Origin: the human T2T-CHM13v2.0 reference genome, Homo sapiens
NCBI RefSeq assembly: GCF_009914755.1
Contig: NC_060948.1
Reading direction: 5' to 3' (one strand)
Length of the DNA: 64,000 nucleotides
Shown here: piece by piece, positions 1 to 14,100 of the stretch
Layout of the letters: every line of letters starts with the position of its first letter
Numbering within the stretch: the first letter of the stretch is position 1
The notes under the pieces: generated by a model
Seen by the model: only the letters and a program-made list of their open reading frames with translations
Database searches by the model: none
What the model was told of the DNA's origin: nothing
Made by a program: the position numbers and the translations under genes

Positions 1-1258
1 TCTGCAGGAGGATTTAAGTATTGTTACAGAAATTTTTGAACGTTGCTTGCACTCCAGCACAATTCAGCCCATTTTCTCTGGAGAGTCTTGATTATTCTAT
101 GCTTTCATGTGGTGTCCACATTGCCCCTCAGCAGCACTACTGGGCACCTTTTTCAGATTTCCAATGGCCACAGTGAGCATCTGAGACATTGTCTCAACCT
201 TATCTGCACCCATGGGAGGCCTTTCCCCATTGTGACAACACTTACTCCACTTTTGACTTGGCTTTGTCGGTGTTCCTGGCTTTCCCAGAGAGCCGCTTTG
301 AGGCCCAGGATGAAGGCAGACAGTGAAGTTAAGGGTCAGGCCATCTTTCACTGACACCAACCTTTAGATGATTCTATCACCTAAAGACTCCTCAAAATCT
401 CACTAGACTATATTCTAATCCCCATGGGACTCGATTCTTGCACACAGCCTCTTTTGGGAATGAAGTCAGAAGAGGAGTTTCCAGTGACCACCTCAGAATC
501 TCAAATGCCTCTTTCTTTAGTGTGACCCCACCACAGAGATGTCCTGAAGGGGCCCTAAGTTCGAGACTTTTAGGGTCCTGCAGTGTATTATCACAGGCAA
601 CATTTTTCCTTATACCAGGATGGCTCTGCCTGTACCATATTTATCTGCTTAGGCAGTGTGACAGCTCTGACAGCTGGGTGCCAGAGCCAACTTCACAAAT
701 GGGCATGCACTTGTCTCAGGGCACCGGGTCTGAGCTATGAGCTCTGGCTAGAGTCACAGTGAATGCCACCTTTGCCTAGCAACCAGCCCTTGTGGATTGG
801 CAGAGGAGACCTTGGTAGAGGTCCATCTGCCATAGACTCCAGACTGTCTTCACTGTGGGATCCATGGAATAGTCCCATGATCCTTGGAGAGGGCAGACAT
901 AAGCCAGCCTGAAGAAACATCAAGCAGAGCCCCAGAAATAAACTTGATCCGTTTCCAAAAGGATCTTCATGATGCCCCAGACTTGCTTAGTTGTAGGGTG
1001 AGTCTTTTTAAACCTTGCCCTACTGTGATTTCTAGGTATAGCCTGCCCGTGTTCCCCAGTTTTGCTGTCTTCCAGGTGGGGTTTCCTGCAGAATGAGGCA
1101 GCCTCAGAAGCTGCTGGGCTCTGTTTCTGCAGAAGTCTTTTGTGGGTGATTGATGTCTGCATGTGTTTGTGGATTGGTTCGTTTGTGTTTCTGTGTGTAT
1201 GTGTGTCTGTGCCTGTAAGTGGAATCTGCTTAATGAAATGGAGTTAAAGCACTGCAGC

Positions 1259-1297
1259 ATTATTTATTTATTTATTTATTTATCTATTTATTTATTT
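1259..1297 (+). repeat. (TTTA)n microsatellite in the monomer T-rich slot
   Basis: attatttatttatttatttatttatctatttatttattt read directly. Confidence 0.85.
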
Positions 1298-4200
1298 CTC
1301 CCAACTTTTTGGTCCCCTGTCTGTATGACTCTGCTTAGGCTGCGTGGTTCAGTGTTCTTTATTTTTTTGTGGATCATGAATCTGCAGCGAACAGGAAGCC
1401 TGGCTGAGTACCACCAGGTTCCAAATCACCTCCTCCTGTTTTTTTGTTTTTTTTTTTATGTGTTTTTGTAAGCCACTCTTCTAGAGAGAGGAGGATCACA
1501 CCACATCCAAGACCAACATCTCTCAATGTTTCATTGTCCTGCAACCAACCCAGGGAGAGACACCAGCAGCCCGGTCTGCAGGGACTCTTCAATTTACCTC
1601 GTATTTGGTTCCCAGCTGAGCATATGCTTCATGATGTGGGGGGTGGGGGTACTCTTGCATCATATTGAGGTTCCATTCTGGTTTAGATGGTGTGAGCAGC
1701 AATAACATCAGATAGGAGTGAGGATACAGTATGGTGAGGAGTGGATGCTGTCCCACATCGTCAGCTGCAAAAAAATGAAGACCCATGACACAGAAGGTGC
1801 TCCCAATTGCATGCCTGCAGTCCCTTAATTGCACAAACAGTCCACACCATAGCCTAGTGTTAATGTGGGAGTACTGCAATATGCAAGAAACATTTGGAGT
1901 GCAAGCTGGGCCATGCTGGCAAACTCTCCATATGAGGGCTTTCAAACCTAGAGCCAAATGGGAGAGGGATGGATTGATGGTGGGTGTGATGTGGTCTCCA
2001 AACTTGTGTCTTTTAATTCCAACTTCCGTGTTCCTCATTGGCCTAAGTTTTCCTGGGAATGGCTCCAAGTCTTTCACACTAAATGTTTCCAATTTCATGG
2101 AGAACGACCCTCATGGGAATCCATTGTGTTAGTGTTTTCTTCTAAACTCTGTTAAGTTTTAATGACTGGGCAGCTGTGATTCTTTTAAAACTGTAAATTC
2201 CCATTACAGATGCCAACAAGGAAATTCTTATTCTCTCACTTCTATTGGAGGGCTGCATGATTCCTGCAGGGTGAGAAGCAAGGATCCATGTCTGGCTTCT
2301 GGCTGATAATCTAGGCTGTTTCATTTCATGTGAATGTCCCTTCTCATTGCATAGGGCTGTTGCTGGATGGGACTGCCACTCTCCACAAATCATTTGGCTG
2401 CCAGGGATTTCATGAAGCAGTAGGGACTTCAAATAGGCTTGCTGAGCTCTAGATTGTACGTCATATTCTTGATGCGGGGGCTTAGGTTGTTTGCACTTTT
2501 CAGGAGGGTTTGGGGTTCTCTGATAGGAATCTTGGAAAGTTACAAGTGCTGCAGCACAAATCAGATCATTTTCTCAGGTGAGCCTGTATTTTTTGTTCCT
2601 TTTATGTGTGGTCCACTGTGACCCTGAACAGCACTACTGAGCACCCTTTTCAGGCTGGCAGTAGCCACAAAGGACATCTGAGACACTCTCTTAACCTCAT
2701 CTGCACCTGTGAGGGGCCCTTTCAAGGTGTGAGAATACTGCTGGACCTTGGACTTGCATTTATTGGTAATACTAGCTTTCCTAGAGGGTGGCAGCGAGGC
2801 CCAGGATGAAGGGAGGCAGTGAGGCTAAGGGCCAGGCCATCTTTCACTGACACCTACCTCTGGGGTCTCAGGTATTATTCTGTCACCTAAAGACCACTCA
2901 GCAACTCACCACACTATATTCCCATCCCCATAAGACCCGACTCTTGCACACAACATCTTTTGGGAGTGGAGTCAGAAGAGTAGTTTGCAGTGACCAGCTC
3001 AGAGTCTCAAAACACCTCCTTCTCAAGTGGGACCTGACCACATAGATGTCTTGAAGCGGCCATAAGGTGGAGAATTTTAGGGTTCTACAGTGTATTATCA
3101 CATGCCGACTTTTCCTGATACCAGGCCGGCTCTACCTGTACCATTTTCCACTCCTTAGGCAGTCTGACAGCTCTGACAGCCAGTTGCCAGAGCCCGCTTT
3201 GTGAATGTGCACACACTTGTCTCAGGTCACCAGGCCTGAGCTATGAGCTCTGGCTAGAGTCACAGTGAATGCCACTTTTGACTAGCAACAAGTTCCTGCC
3301 GATTGGCCAAAAAGGATAACTCTTTGGAGGTGTGTCGGTGTTGGACACTACCCTGTCTTCTCTGTGGGATCCAAAGAATAGTCCCTTGAATCTAGGACAG
3401 GGCAGAGGTAAGCCAGGCTGAAGAAACATCAAGAAAAGCCCCAGAAATAAGCTGTAAAATCCCTATGTATCAAAAATGATCTGCATCATGTCTCAGGGTT
3501 GCCTAGATTTTATGGGGTGAGACTTTTTGAAACTTGTCCCATTGTGATTTCTAGGTACAGCCTGCCTGTGTTCCCCATGGACCCTCTCTCCCAGGTGGGG
3601 CTTCCTGCATAACCTAGCAGCCTGAGAAGCTGCCAGGCTGTGTTTCTGTTGGAGGGTTTTGCGGGTGTTTGATGTCTACATGTGTTTGTGGCTTGGTGTG
3701 TGTGTGTATGTGTGCCTGTAAGTGGAGTCTGCTTAAAAGAATACACTGCTTAAAAGAAAAACGCACTGTAGTGCTATTTCTTCTCTTTTTTTCTAGTCTC
3801 CTAACTTTTCCATGGCCTGTCTGTGTGCTTAGGCTGTGGTTCCATGTTCTTTACTTTTCTGTGGATCATTAATTTGCAGTGAATTGGGAGGCTGATGGAG
3901 ATGCACCAGGTTCCAAATCACCTCCCCCTGCAAAAAAAAAAAAAAAAAAAAAAAAAAGACACTCTTTTAGAAAGAAGAGGAGCACACCACACCCAAGAGC
4001 AGACATCTCCCAATGTTTCATTGTCCTGCAGCCAACCCAGGGAGAGACACTAGCAGTCTTATCCACAGAGGCCCTTGCATTTACCTCAAATTCAGTTCCC
4101 AGATGAGCAGGTGCTCCATGTTGTGAGGGGGCACTCCTGTATCATCTTAGGATTTCATTTTGGGTTAGAGTTTGTGAGCAGTAATAAGGTCAGAGAGGGG

Positions 4201-7200
4201 TGAAGAAACAATCTGGTGAGTGGTGTATGTCATCCTGCAACTTCACCTGCATAAAAGTGAAGACACATGACACAGAAGCTGCTTTAAACTGCATCCCTGC
4301 ATTCTTTTAATTGCACAAGCAGTCTACACCATGGCCTAGTGTTCATGTGGGAACACTCCAACGTGCAGGGAACATTTAGACTGCAAACTGGGGCCATCCT
4401 GGCAAACTCTCAATATGAGAAATTTCAAACCCAGAGCCAAATGGGAGTGGGATGGATTGACGCTGGGTTCTATGTGGCCTCTACACTTGCCTCTTCTTTT
4501 TTTGACTTCCATGTTCTTCTCCACCCTAGAGTTTCCTAGATCTGGCTCCACATCTTTCACATTAAACATTTGCCTTGTCATGGAAGATGACCCTCATGGA
4601 AATCCATTGCATGAGTGTTTCCTTCCAAACACTATCATGTTTTAATGACTGAGCAGCTGTGATACATTTAACACCATAAATTCCTGTTCTAGCCGCCAAC
4701 AAGGAAACTCTTATTCTCCCACTTCTATCATGGGTCTACATTATTCCTGTTGGATGAGAAGCAGAAGGCATGTCTGGCTTTTGGCTAGGTTCTGTTTTAT
4801 TTCATCTGCACATCCATTCTCGTTGTGGAGCTTGCCTTTCATTGGGCTGTTACTGGATAATACAGCCTCTTGCCACAGATCTTTTGGCTGTCAGAAGTTT
4901 CAGGGAGCAAAAGGGACTTCGAATAGACTTTCTGTGTTCCAGGTTTTGGATTGTGTTCTCAATGTGGGGACTGGGGTTGTTTGAAATTTGCAGGAGGCTT
5001 TTTGGTCATCTGAAAGGAATCTTGGAACATTGCTAGGACTCCAGCACAAATCAGCTCATTCTCTCAGGCAAGGTTTAATTTTTTGTTTTTTCATGTAGGA
5101 TCCATTGTGTTTCTCAACAGCGCTACTGGACACCATTCTCAGGCTGGCAATTGCCACAGAGGGCATCTGAGACATTGTCTCAACTTCATCTGCACCAGTG
5201 GGAGGCCTTTCCCAGGTGGGAGAACACTACTCCACTTTGGAATTGCCATTGTCAGTGTTCCTGGCTTTCCCAGAGAGCCACTGCAAGGCCCAGGATGAAG
5301 GGAGGCAGTGAGATTAAGGACACAATCATCTTTCACTGACATCCAACTCTGGGACCTCAGGTATGATTCCATCACCTAAAAACGTCTCAAACACTCACCA
5401 GACTATATTCCAAACTGAATGGGACCTCATTCTTGCACACAGCCTCTTTCAGAAATGAAGTCAGAAAAGCAGTTTCCAGGGACCACCTCAGCGTCTCAAA
5501 ACCCCTCCACTTCCAATGGGAAATGACCACAGAGATGTTCTGAAGGGGCCCTAGGAGGAGACTTTTAGGGTCCCACAGTGGTTTGTCGCATGTATAATTT
5601 TTCCTAATACCAGGCCAATTCTGTCTGTACCATTTTCCACTGCTTAGGCACTGACAGCTCTGACAGCCGGGCACCAGAGCTGGCTTTATGAATGCTCATG
5701 TGTTTGTCTCAGGGCACCAGGCCTGAGCTGTGAGCTCTGGCTAGAGTCACAATGTATGCCACCTTTGCCTAGCGACAAGTCCCTGCAGCTTGCCAGAGAA
5801 GGAAAACTCCTTGGAGGTGCATCAGCAATTGAATCTCCCCTGTGTTCTCTTTGGGATCCGTGGAATAATCCCATGATCCTAGGAGAGGGCAGATATTTGC
5901 CAGTGTGAAGAAACATCAAGCAGAGCCCCATAAATAAACAGTGAAATACCTATGCATCCAAAATGATCTGCACGATGCCTCAGGCTTGCCTAAAGGTTGT
6001 GGGGTGAGTCTTTTTGAAAATTGCCACGCTGCGATTTTGAGGTACAGCCTGCCTGTGTTCCCCAGGGCTGTTATCTCCCAGGTGGGGTTTCCTGCAGAAC
6101 CACAAAGACTCAGAAGCTGTCAAGCTGTCTGTTTCTTTAGGATTGTGGTGAATCTTGGACATCTGCATGAGTCTGTGGCCTCATGTGTTTGTGTGTGTGT
6201 GTATGTGTGTATGTGTGTGCCTGTATGTGGAGTTCTCTTGAAGAAATGTGGCTAACACACTTCAGAACTTCTCTTATTTTTTTTTTTATGTCTCACAAAC
6301 GTTTGATGGCCTTTCATTGTGTCTCTACCTGGGCTGTGGGGCTCCAAATTCTCTAATTTTCTGCGGATCGTGAATCCACAGTGAAGTGGGAGGGGTGCTG
6401 AGACCCACCGGTGTCCAAATCACCTGTGCCAAAATAGCCACTCTACTAGAAAGAAGAGGAGCATACCACACCAAAAAACACATCTGCCAGTGTATCATAG
6501 GCATATGGCCAATCCAAGAAGGGATAGTAGCAGTCCTGTCTGCAGGGCCCCTTGAATGTACCTTGAACTCAGTTCCCAGCCAAGCAGATGCTTCATATTG
6601 TAAGGGGGCACTCCTCTATTGTCTATTGTCTTGGGATGTCATCCTGGGACACAGAGTGTGAGCAGCACTCTCTTCTTTTCTTGACTTCCTGTTCCTCATC
6701 TGCCTAGGGTTTCCTCATTCTGGCTTAACGACTTCAACACAAAACGTTTAAAACTTCACTTAGAACGATCCTCATGGGAATCCATTGTGTGAGTGTTTCC
6801 TTTTAAACACTGTCACGTTTTAATGACTGGGCAGCTTTGATACTTTTAAAACCATAAAATCCCATTACAGCCACCAATAAGGAATGTCTTGTTTTCCCAT
6901 TTCTATTGGAGGGCTGCTTGATTCCTGTAAGATAAGAAACAGGCTATCATGTCTGGCTTTGGCTGGTCATCTAGCCTCTGTTTCATTACACCTGCATGGA
7001 CTTCTCATTTTAGAGAGTCTCTTCCTTTGGGCTGTTCCTGGATGGGACTGCCTGGCACCACAGATCACTTAGCTGCCAGGAACTTCAGCGAGCATAAGAG
7101 ACTTCAGGTATGCTGGTTGTGATCCAGATAGTGGGTTGTTTTCTCTTTGTGGGGGCTGAGTTTGTTTGCACTTTGCAGGAGGCTTTGGGTTCTCTGATGG

Positions 7201-7799
7201 GAATGTTTGAATGTTGCCTGGACTCTAGCACAAGTAAGCTCATTTGTTCAGAAGAGCCTTAACTTTTCCTTGGTTTCATGTGGGGTCCACAGTGTCCCTC
7301 AACAGCACTAATGAACATCATTTTCATGCTTGCAATCACCACAGACATCCTCTTAGACAGGGTCTCAACATCATCTGCACCCATGAGAGGCCAATTCAAG
7401 GTTTGAGAACCCTGCTACATATTGGACTTTCATTTTTCATGGTTCTTGACTTTCCCAGAAAGCCTTTGTGAGGCCCAGGATGAAGGGAGGCAATGAGGTT
7501 AAGGGCCCAACTGCCAGAATATATTCCAATACCCACGGGACTTGATTACTGCACACAGCCTCTTTCGTGAATGGTGTCAAAAGGGCCATTTCCTCAGGCC
7601 TGCCTAGACGTTGTACGGGTGAGTCTTTTTGAATCTTGCCCCACTGTGATTTCTAGGTACAGATCATCTGTGTTCCCCAGGGTTGCTCTCTCCTAGATGG
7701 GGCTTTCTGCAGAACCACACTGCCTCAGGAGCTGCCAGGCCATGTGTTTCTGTGGGAGTATTGCAAGTGTTAGATTTATGCGTCTGTGTGTGGTGTGTA

Positions 7800-7801
<2 letters not shown>

Positions 7802-7841
<40 letters not shown>
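7802..7841 (+). repeat. (TG)20 microsatellite
   Basis: Perfect TG run in the monomer TG slot, just before gctgtaagtggagtctgc. Confidence 0.9.
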
Positions 7842-7842
<1 letters not shown>

Positions 7843-8063
7843 CTGTAAGTGGAGTCTGCTTAATGGAATGTGGCTAACACACTTCAGCCCTTCTTCTTCT
7901 CTCTTTCTTTTTTTTTTCAGTCTCACAACCTTTTGGTTGTCTGTCTTTGTGGCTTTGCTTGGGCTGCCCAGCTCTTTGTTCTTTATTTTCCTGTGGTTCA
8001 TGAATCTATAGTTAATTGGCATGTGTGCTGAGACCCACTGGCATTCAAATCCTCTCCCACTGC

Positions 8064-8069
8064 AAAAAA

Positions 8070-8112
<43 letters not shown>

Positions 8113-8120
8113 AATAAAAA
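8064..8120 (+). repeat. (TAAA)11 microsatellite replacing the monomer poly-A slot
   Basis: tgcaaaaaa(taaa)11 ataaaaa gcc; other units have a plain A run here (e.g. 3932-3958, 9937-9962). Confidence 0.9.
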
Positions 8121-11100
8121 GCCTTTCGTCTACAAAGAAAGGGAGCACTCTTCTCCAAAAAACAGACATCTCCATCATTTCATTTTCGTGTGGTCAACCC
8201 AGGAAGAGACACTGGCTGTCCTGTCCGCAGGGCCCTTGAATGTATCTGTAATTCAGTTCCCAACCAATCAGGTGCTTCACATCATGAGGGAGAACTCTTC
8301 CATCATCTTGGAATTTTATCCTGTTACATAGAGTGTGGGCAGCAATAAAGTCAGATGGGGTGAGGATACAATCTGGTGAGAAGTGGATGGGGGTCCTGCA
8401 ACTTCATCTGCAAAAAAATGAAGACTGATGACACAGAAGGTGTTTCCAACTCCATCCCCACATTTTCTTAATTGCACAAGCAGTCCACACAATGGTCTGG
8501 TGTTGAAGTGGGAATATTCCAATGTGTAAGAAACATTTGGAGTGCAAATTTGGGACACAAGGCAGCTCATTCTCTCAGGCAAGCCTTGATTTTCCTTTGC
8601 TTTCATGGGGAATCCACAGTGCCCCACAACAGCACTACTGGACACTTATTTCGGGATTTCCATTGCCAGAGACGGCCTCTGAGAAACTGTCTCAACCTCA
8701 TCTTCACCCTTGAGAAGCCAGTCCAAGGTGTGAGAACACTTCTCCACCTTGGACTTGCCTTTGTCATGGTTTCTGCCATTACCAGAGGTTTCCTGCCTTT
8801 CCCAGATGGCCACTGTGAAGCTCAGGATGAAGGGAGGCAGTGAGGTGAATATCCTGGCCATCTTTCACTGACAGAGACTCCACCTCTGGAGTCTCAGGTA
8901 TGATTCAATCATCCAAAATACCTCGACAGCACACCAGATCAAATTCCAGTCCCCATGGGACCCAATTATTTCACGCAACCTCTCTGAGAAATGAAATCAG
9001 AAGAAGAGTTGTGAGTGAAGACCTCACAGTTTCAAAACGCTTCCTCCTGTAGCAGGACCCAACCACAGAGACTGCCAGAAGGGGCCCTGAGGTCAAAATT
9101 TTTAGGGTCCCTCAGTGGATACTTGCAGGCAGGCTTTTTTTCAGATATCAGGCCGCTTTCATCTGTACTATTTTCCTCTGCTTAGGCAGGCTGACAGCTC
9201 TGATAGCCTGGCACCAGAACCTACTTTGTGCTTACACAGGCGCTAGTCTCAGGGCACCAGGCTTGATTGTGAGCTCTGGCTAGCATCACAGTGAATGTCA
9301 CTGTTGCCTAACAATAAGTCTCTGCGGCTTAGGGGAGGAGAACTCCGTGAAGGCATATGGGCTGTGGACTCTCACCTGTCTTCTCTGTGGGATCCATGAT
9401 GTAGTCCCATGATCCCAGGACAGGGCAGACCTGAGCCAGCATGATAAAAAGTCAAGTAGAACCCCAAGAATAAACCACAAAATCTCTAAGATTTCAGAAG
9501 GATTTGTAGAATGCAGCAGGCCTGCCTACACATTGTAGAGTTGAGTTTTTTGAAACTTGCTCCACTGTGATTTCTAGAAGCACCCTGTCTGTGTTGCCCA
9601 GAATTGCTCTCACCCAGGTGAGGCTTCCTGCAGAACCATGCAACCTCAGAAGCAGTTCTTAGATGTCTGCTTGTAGGTGTGACTTTCTGCCTTTGTGTGT
9701 GTGTGTGTGTGTGTGCACTCGTGTAAGTGCCTGTAAGTCAAGCCTGCTTAAAAGAATGTGGCTAATGCCCTGCAGCAATTCTTTTTTATTTGCATCTCCC
9801 AACCTTTAGGTGGTCTGTTTGTGTGGCTCTTCTTAGGCTGAAGGGCTCCATGTTCTTTAATTTTTCTGTGGATCATGAATAGAAGTGAATTTGGACACTG
9901 GCTGTGACCTGCTGGTGTCCACTTCACCTCCCCATGCAAAAAAAAAAAAAAAAAAAAAAAAATTCTTCTAGAAAGAATAGGAGCATAAAACATCCAAGAA
10001 CAGACATCTCCAATTGTTTCATTGTTCTGCAGCCAACCCAGGGAGAAAAACTAGCAGTCCTGTCTGCAGGACTTTTGAATTTATTTTGAATTTATTTTGA
10101 ATTCGGTTGCCACATGAGCAGGTGGTTCATGTCATGAAGTGGCACTTCTGCAAAGCCTTGAGATTTCATTCTGAAACATAGAGTGTGAGCAGCAATATGA
10201 TCATATAGGGGTGAGTATAAAATCTGGTGAGGGATGGGTGGGGTCCCGCAACTTCACCTGCAATAAAAATGAAGACAGGTGACACAGAAAGTGCTTTCAA
10301 CCTTATCCCTGCATTCTCTTAATTGCACAAGCAGTCAACACCATGGTTCGGTGTTAAGGCAGGAGTACTCCAACCTGCAAGGAATATTTGGAGTGCAAAT
10401 TGGGGCCACCCTGGACAACTCCCAATTTGAGGACTTTCATACCCAGAGCCAAATGAAACTGAAATCTATTGATGCTGAGTGGGATGTGGCCTATACACTT
10501 GCCTCTACTTTTACTGACTTTCTTGTTTCTCATCGGCCTAGTGTTTCCTGGGATTGGCTCATCGACCTCTACACTAAATGTTTCCAAGGTCATGGAGAAC
10601 GACCCCAGTGGGAATCCATTGAGTGAGTGTTTCCTTCTAAACACTGTCATGTTTTAATGACTGGGCAGCTTTGATAATTTTAAAACCAAGAATTCCCATT
10701 ACAGCCACCAATAAGAAAACTCTTGTTCTCTCACTTCTATCAGAGGGCTGCATGAATCTGTTAGAATGAGAAGCACTTAGCTGTGTCTGGCTTTTGCCTG
10801 ATAATCTAGCCTCTGTTTCATTTCATCTGCACAGCCTTCTCTTTGTGGAGGGGATCTTTTATTGGCTTGTTCCTGGATGGGACTGACTTTGACCAAATAT
10901 TATCAAGGTGACAGTGACTTCAGAGAGCTGAAGGGACTTCAGGTAGGCTGGCTCCAGGTTGTGGGTCATAATCTCATTGTCGGGGTTGAGGTGGGTTGCA
11001 CTTTGTAGGAGGCTTTTGGGTCCTCTGATAGGAATCACTGAGAATTGCTTGGAATCCAGAAAAAGGCAGATCTGTCTCTAAGGTGAACCTTGGTTTTTCT

Positions 11101-14100
11101 TTGCTTTTATGAGGAATCCAGAGTGACCCTCAACAGAACTACTGGACACTCTTTTTGGGCTTACCATCACTACAGACGGCCTCTGGGGCATTATCTCAAA
11201 CTCATCTCCACCTGTGAGTGGACAGTCCGAGGTGTGAGAACACTGCTCCAATGTGGACTTGCATTTTTCTTGGTTCCTGCCTTTCCAAGACAGCCCTGAG
11301 AGGTCCAGGATGAAGGGAGGCAGCGAGGTCAAGACCCCAGCCATCTTTCACTGATATTTACCTCTGGTTTCTAAAGTATAATTCTAACACTTAAAGAACC
11401 CTCAACAACACTACAGACAAAATTCGAATCCCCATGGGACCTGATTCTTGCACACAGCCTCTGTCGGGCATGGATTCAGAAGGGCAGTTTCCACTGACCA
11501 CATTAGAGTCTTGAAATGCCTCCTCATCCAGCTGGGCCTAACCACAGAGACTGCTAGAAAGGGTCCCGAGGTTGAGAATTTTAGGTTCATGCAGTAGGCT
11601 TTAATAGGCAGCCTTTTTCCCAATAGCAGCCCAGCTCTGCCGATACCATTTTCCTCTGCTTAGGCAGGCTGACACCTCTGACAGCTGGGCACCTGAGCCT
11701 GCCTCTTGAATATGCATGTGCTAAAGTCAGGGCATTGGGCTGATTTTGAGTTTTGGTTAACGTCACAATGAATGTCACCATTGCCTAGTGGCAAGTCCCT
11801 GTGGCTTGGCAAAGAAGGAGAACTCTGTGGAGGTGCGTCGGGCATGGACACTCACCTGTCTTTTTTGTGGGATCCACAGGATAATCCCATGATCCTAGAA
11901 GAAGGCAGACATGAGCCAGTCTGAAGAAAAGCCAAGCACAGCCCCAGAAATAGACCACAAAATTCCTAAGTATCCACAATATCTGAAGGACTACTCAGGC
12001 CTGCCAAGACGTTGTAGATGTGAATTTTTTTAAGTTTGCTGCACTGTTTTTTAGGTACAGCCTACCTGTTTCCCAGGGTTGCTGTCTCCCAGTTAGTGTT
12101 TCCTGCAGAACCACATAGTTTCAGGAGCTGCAGGTCTTTGTGTTTCTGTGGGAGTGTGGTGAGAGTTGGATGTCTGCGTGTGTGTAGCATTGTGTGTGTG
12201 TGTGTATGTGTTCCTGTAATTAGAGTCTGCTTAAAGGAATGTGGCTGATGCACTACAACACTTCTTTGTTTTTTTTTTGAGTCCCCCAACCTTTGGTGGC
12301 CTGTCTTTTTGCCTTTGCTTAGGCTGCAGGGCTCCGTGTTCTTTATTTTCTGTTGATCATGAATCTGCAAAGGTTTGTGAGTTGGTCCAAGAACAGCTGG
12401 AGTTCAAATCACCTCCCTTTCCAAAAAAAAAAAAAACACTCACCTAGCAAGAAGAGGAGCACACCAACATCACAAAAAATGTAAATCTTCCAGTGTTTCA
12501 TTTTCTTGCAGCCAATACAGGGAGAGAAACTAGCAGTCCTGACTGCAGGGGCTTTGAATTTACCTTGAATTCGATTCCCACCCAAGTAGGCATTTCACAT
12601 CATAAGGTGACACTCTGAAATTGTGTTGGAATTTCATTCTGGGACATCAAGTGTGAGCAGCAGTAAGGTCATATAGGGAGAGGATACAATCTGGAGAGGG
12701 GTGGAAGGGGTCTAGCAGCTTCACCTGCAAAAAAAATTAAAGATAGATAACACAGAAGTTGCTTCTAACTCCATCCCTGCATTCCCTTAATTGTAGAAAT
12801 GGTCCACACCATGGCCCCTGTGTTCAAGTATGATTACTCCCACGTGAAAGGAACATTTAGAGTGCAAATTGGGGCTATCCTGGCAAAATTCCAATTTGAG
12901 AGCTCTCATACCTGGAGCAAAATCTGAGTGGAATGGATTGATGCTGAGTGGGATGTGGCCTCCACACTTGCCCTCCTGTGTTCCTTGGGGTTGCCATCTC
13001 TCAGGTGAGGCTTCTTGCAGAACCATGCAACCTCAGGAGGTGCCATGCTGTGGGTTTCTATGGGAGTGTTTTGGGTGTTTCATGTCTGCGTGTGTGTGAC
13101 TGTGTTTGTGTTTCTGTGTGTGTTTGTGTGCCTGTAAGTGAAGTCTGCTTAAAGGAATGTGGCTAACACACTTCAGCAATTCTTTTTTTTTCTCCCAACC
13201 TTTTGGTGTCCTGTTTGTGTGGTTCTGCTTGGACTGTGGGATTCCATGCTCTCTAATTTCTGTGGATCATGAAACCATAGTGAATTGGGAGGAGGGGGGA
13301 GAGCTTCTGGCATCCAAATCACCTCTCCTTGCAACAACAACAAAAAAATCACTCTTCTAGAAAGAAGAGGAACACACAACCCCAAATAATATACATCTTC
13401 CAATGTTTCATTGCCCTGTGGCTGACCCAGTGAGAGATACTGTCAGTCTTGTCCATGGGGCCCCTTGAATTTATCATGAATTTGGTTACCAGCTGAGCAG
13501 GTGCTTCATGTCAAGAGGGGGCAATTTTTCACCATTGTAGGATTTCATCCTGTGACATAGAATATGAGTAACAATAAGGTCAGATATGGGTGAGGATACA
13601 GTCTGCTAAGGGGTGGATGGGGTCCTGCACTTTCACCTGCAATAAATGTGAAGACAAATGACACAGAAGTGCTTCCAAAACCATCCCCACATTATCTTCA
13701 TTGCACAAGCAGCCCATACCATGGCCCAGTGTTCAGATGGAAGACTCTAACATGCAGGGTACATTTGAAGTACAACCTAGGGCCAACCTGGCAAACTCCT
13801 TAATTGAGGGCTTTCATACCCAGAGAAAAATAGGAGTAAAAAGGATAATGCTGGGTGGGATGTGGCTTCCACACTTGCATCTTCTTTTTCAGACTTCCAT
13901 ATTACTTATTGGCCTAGGGTTTCCTGGGTCTTTCTCAACGTCTTCCACAATAAACATTTCCACTTAACAGAGGATGACCCTCATAGGAATCCATTGCATG
14001 ATGGTTTCCTTCTAAGCACTGTCACAGTTTAATTACTGGGCAGCTGTGATGTCTTTAAAAATGTAAATTCCCATTCCAGGGACCAAAAAGGATACTCTTG

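Noticed and set aside
998-1036. GTGAGT...TTTCTAG as an intron within each monomer
   Set aside because: At under 40 nt it is below the usual minimal human intron size.
1062-1247. Recurring Cys/Val-rich ORFs (CVCVCV...)
   Set aside because: They are translations of the (TG)n slot present in each monomer.
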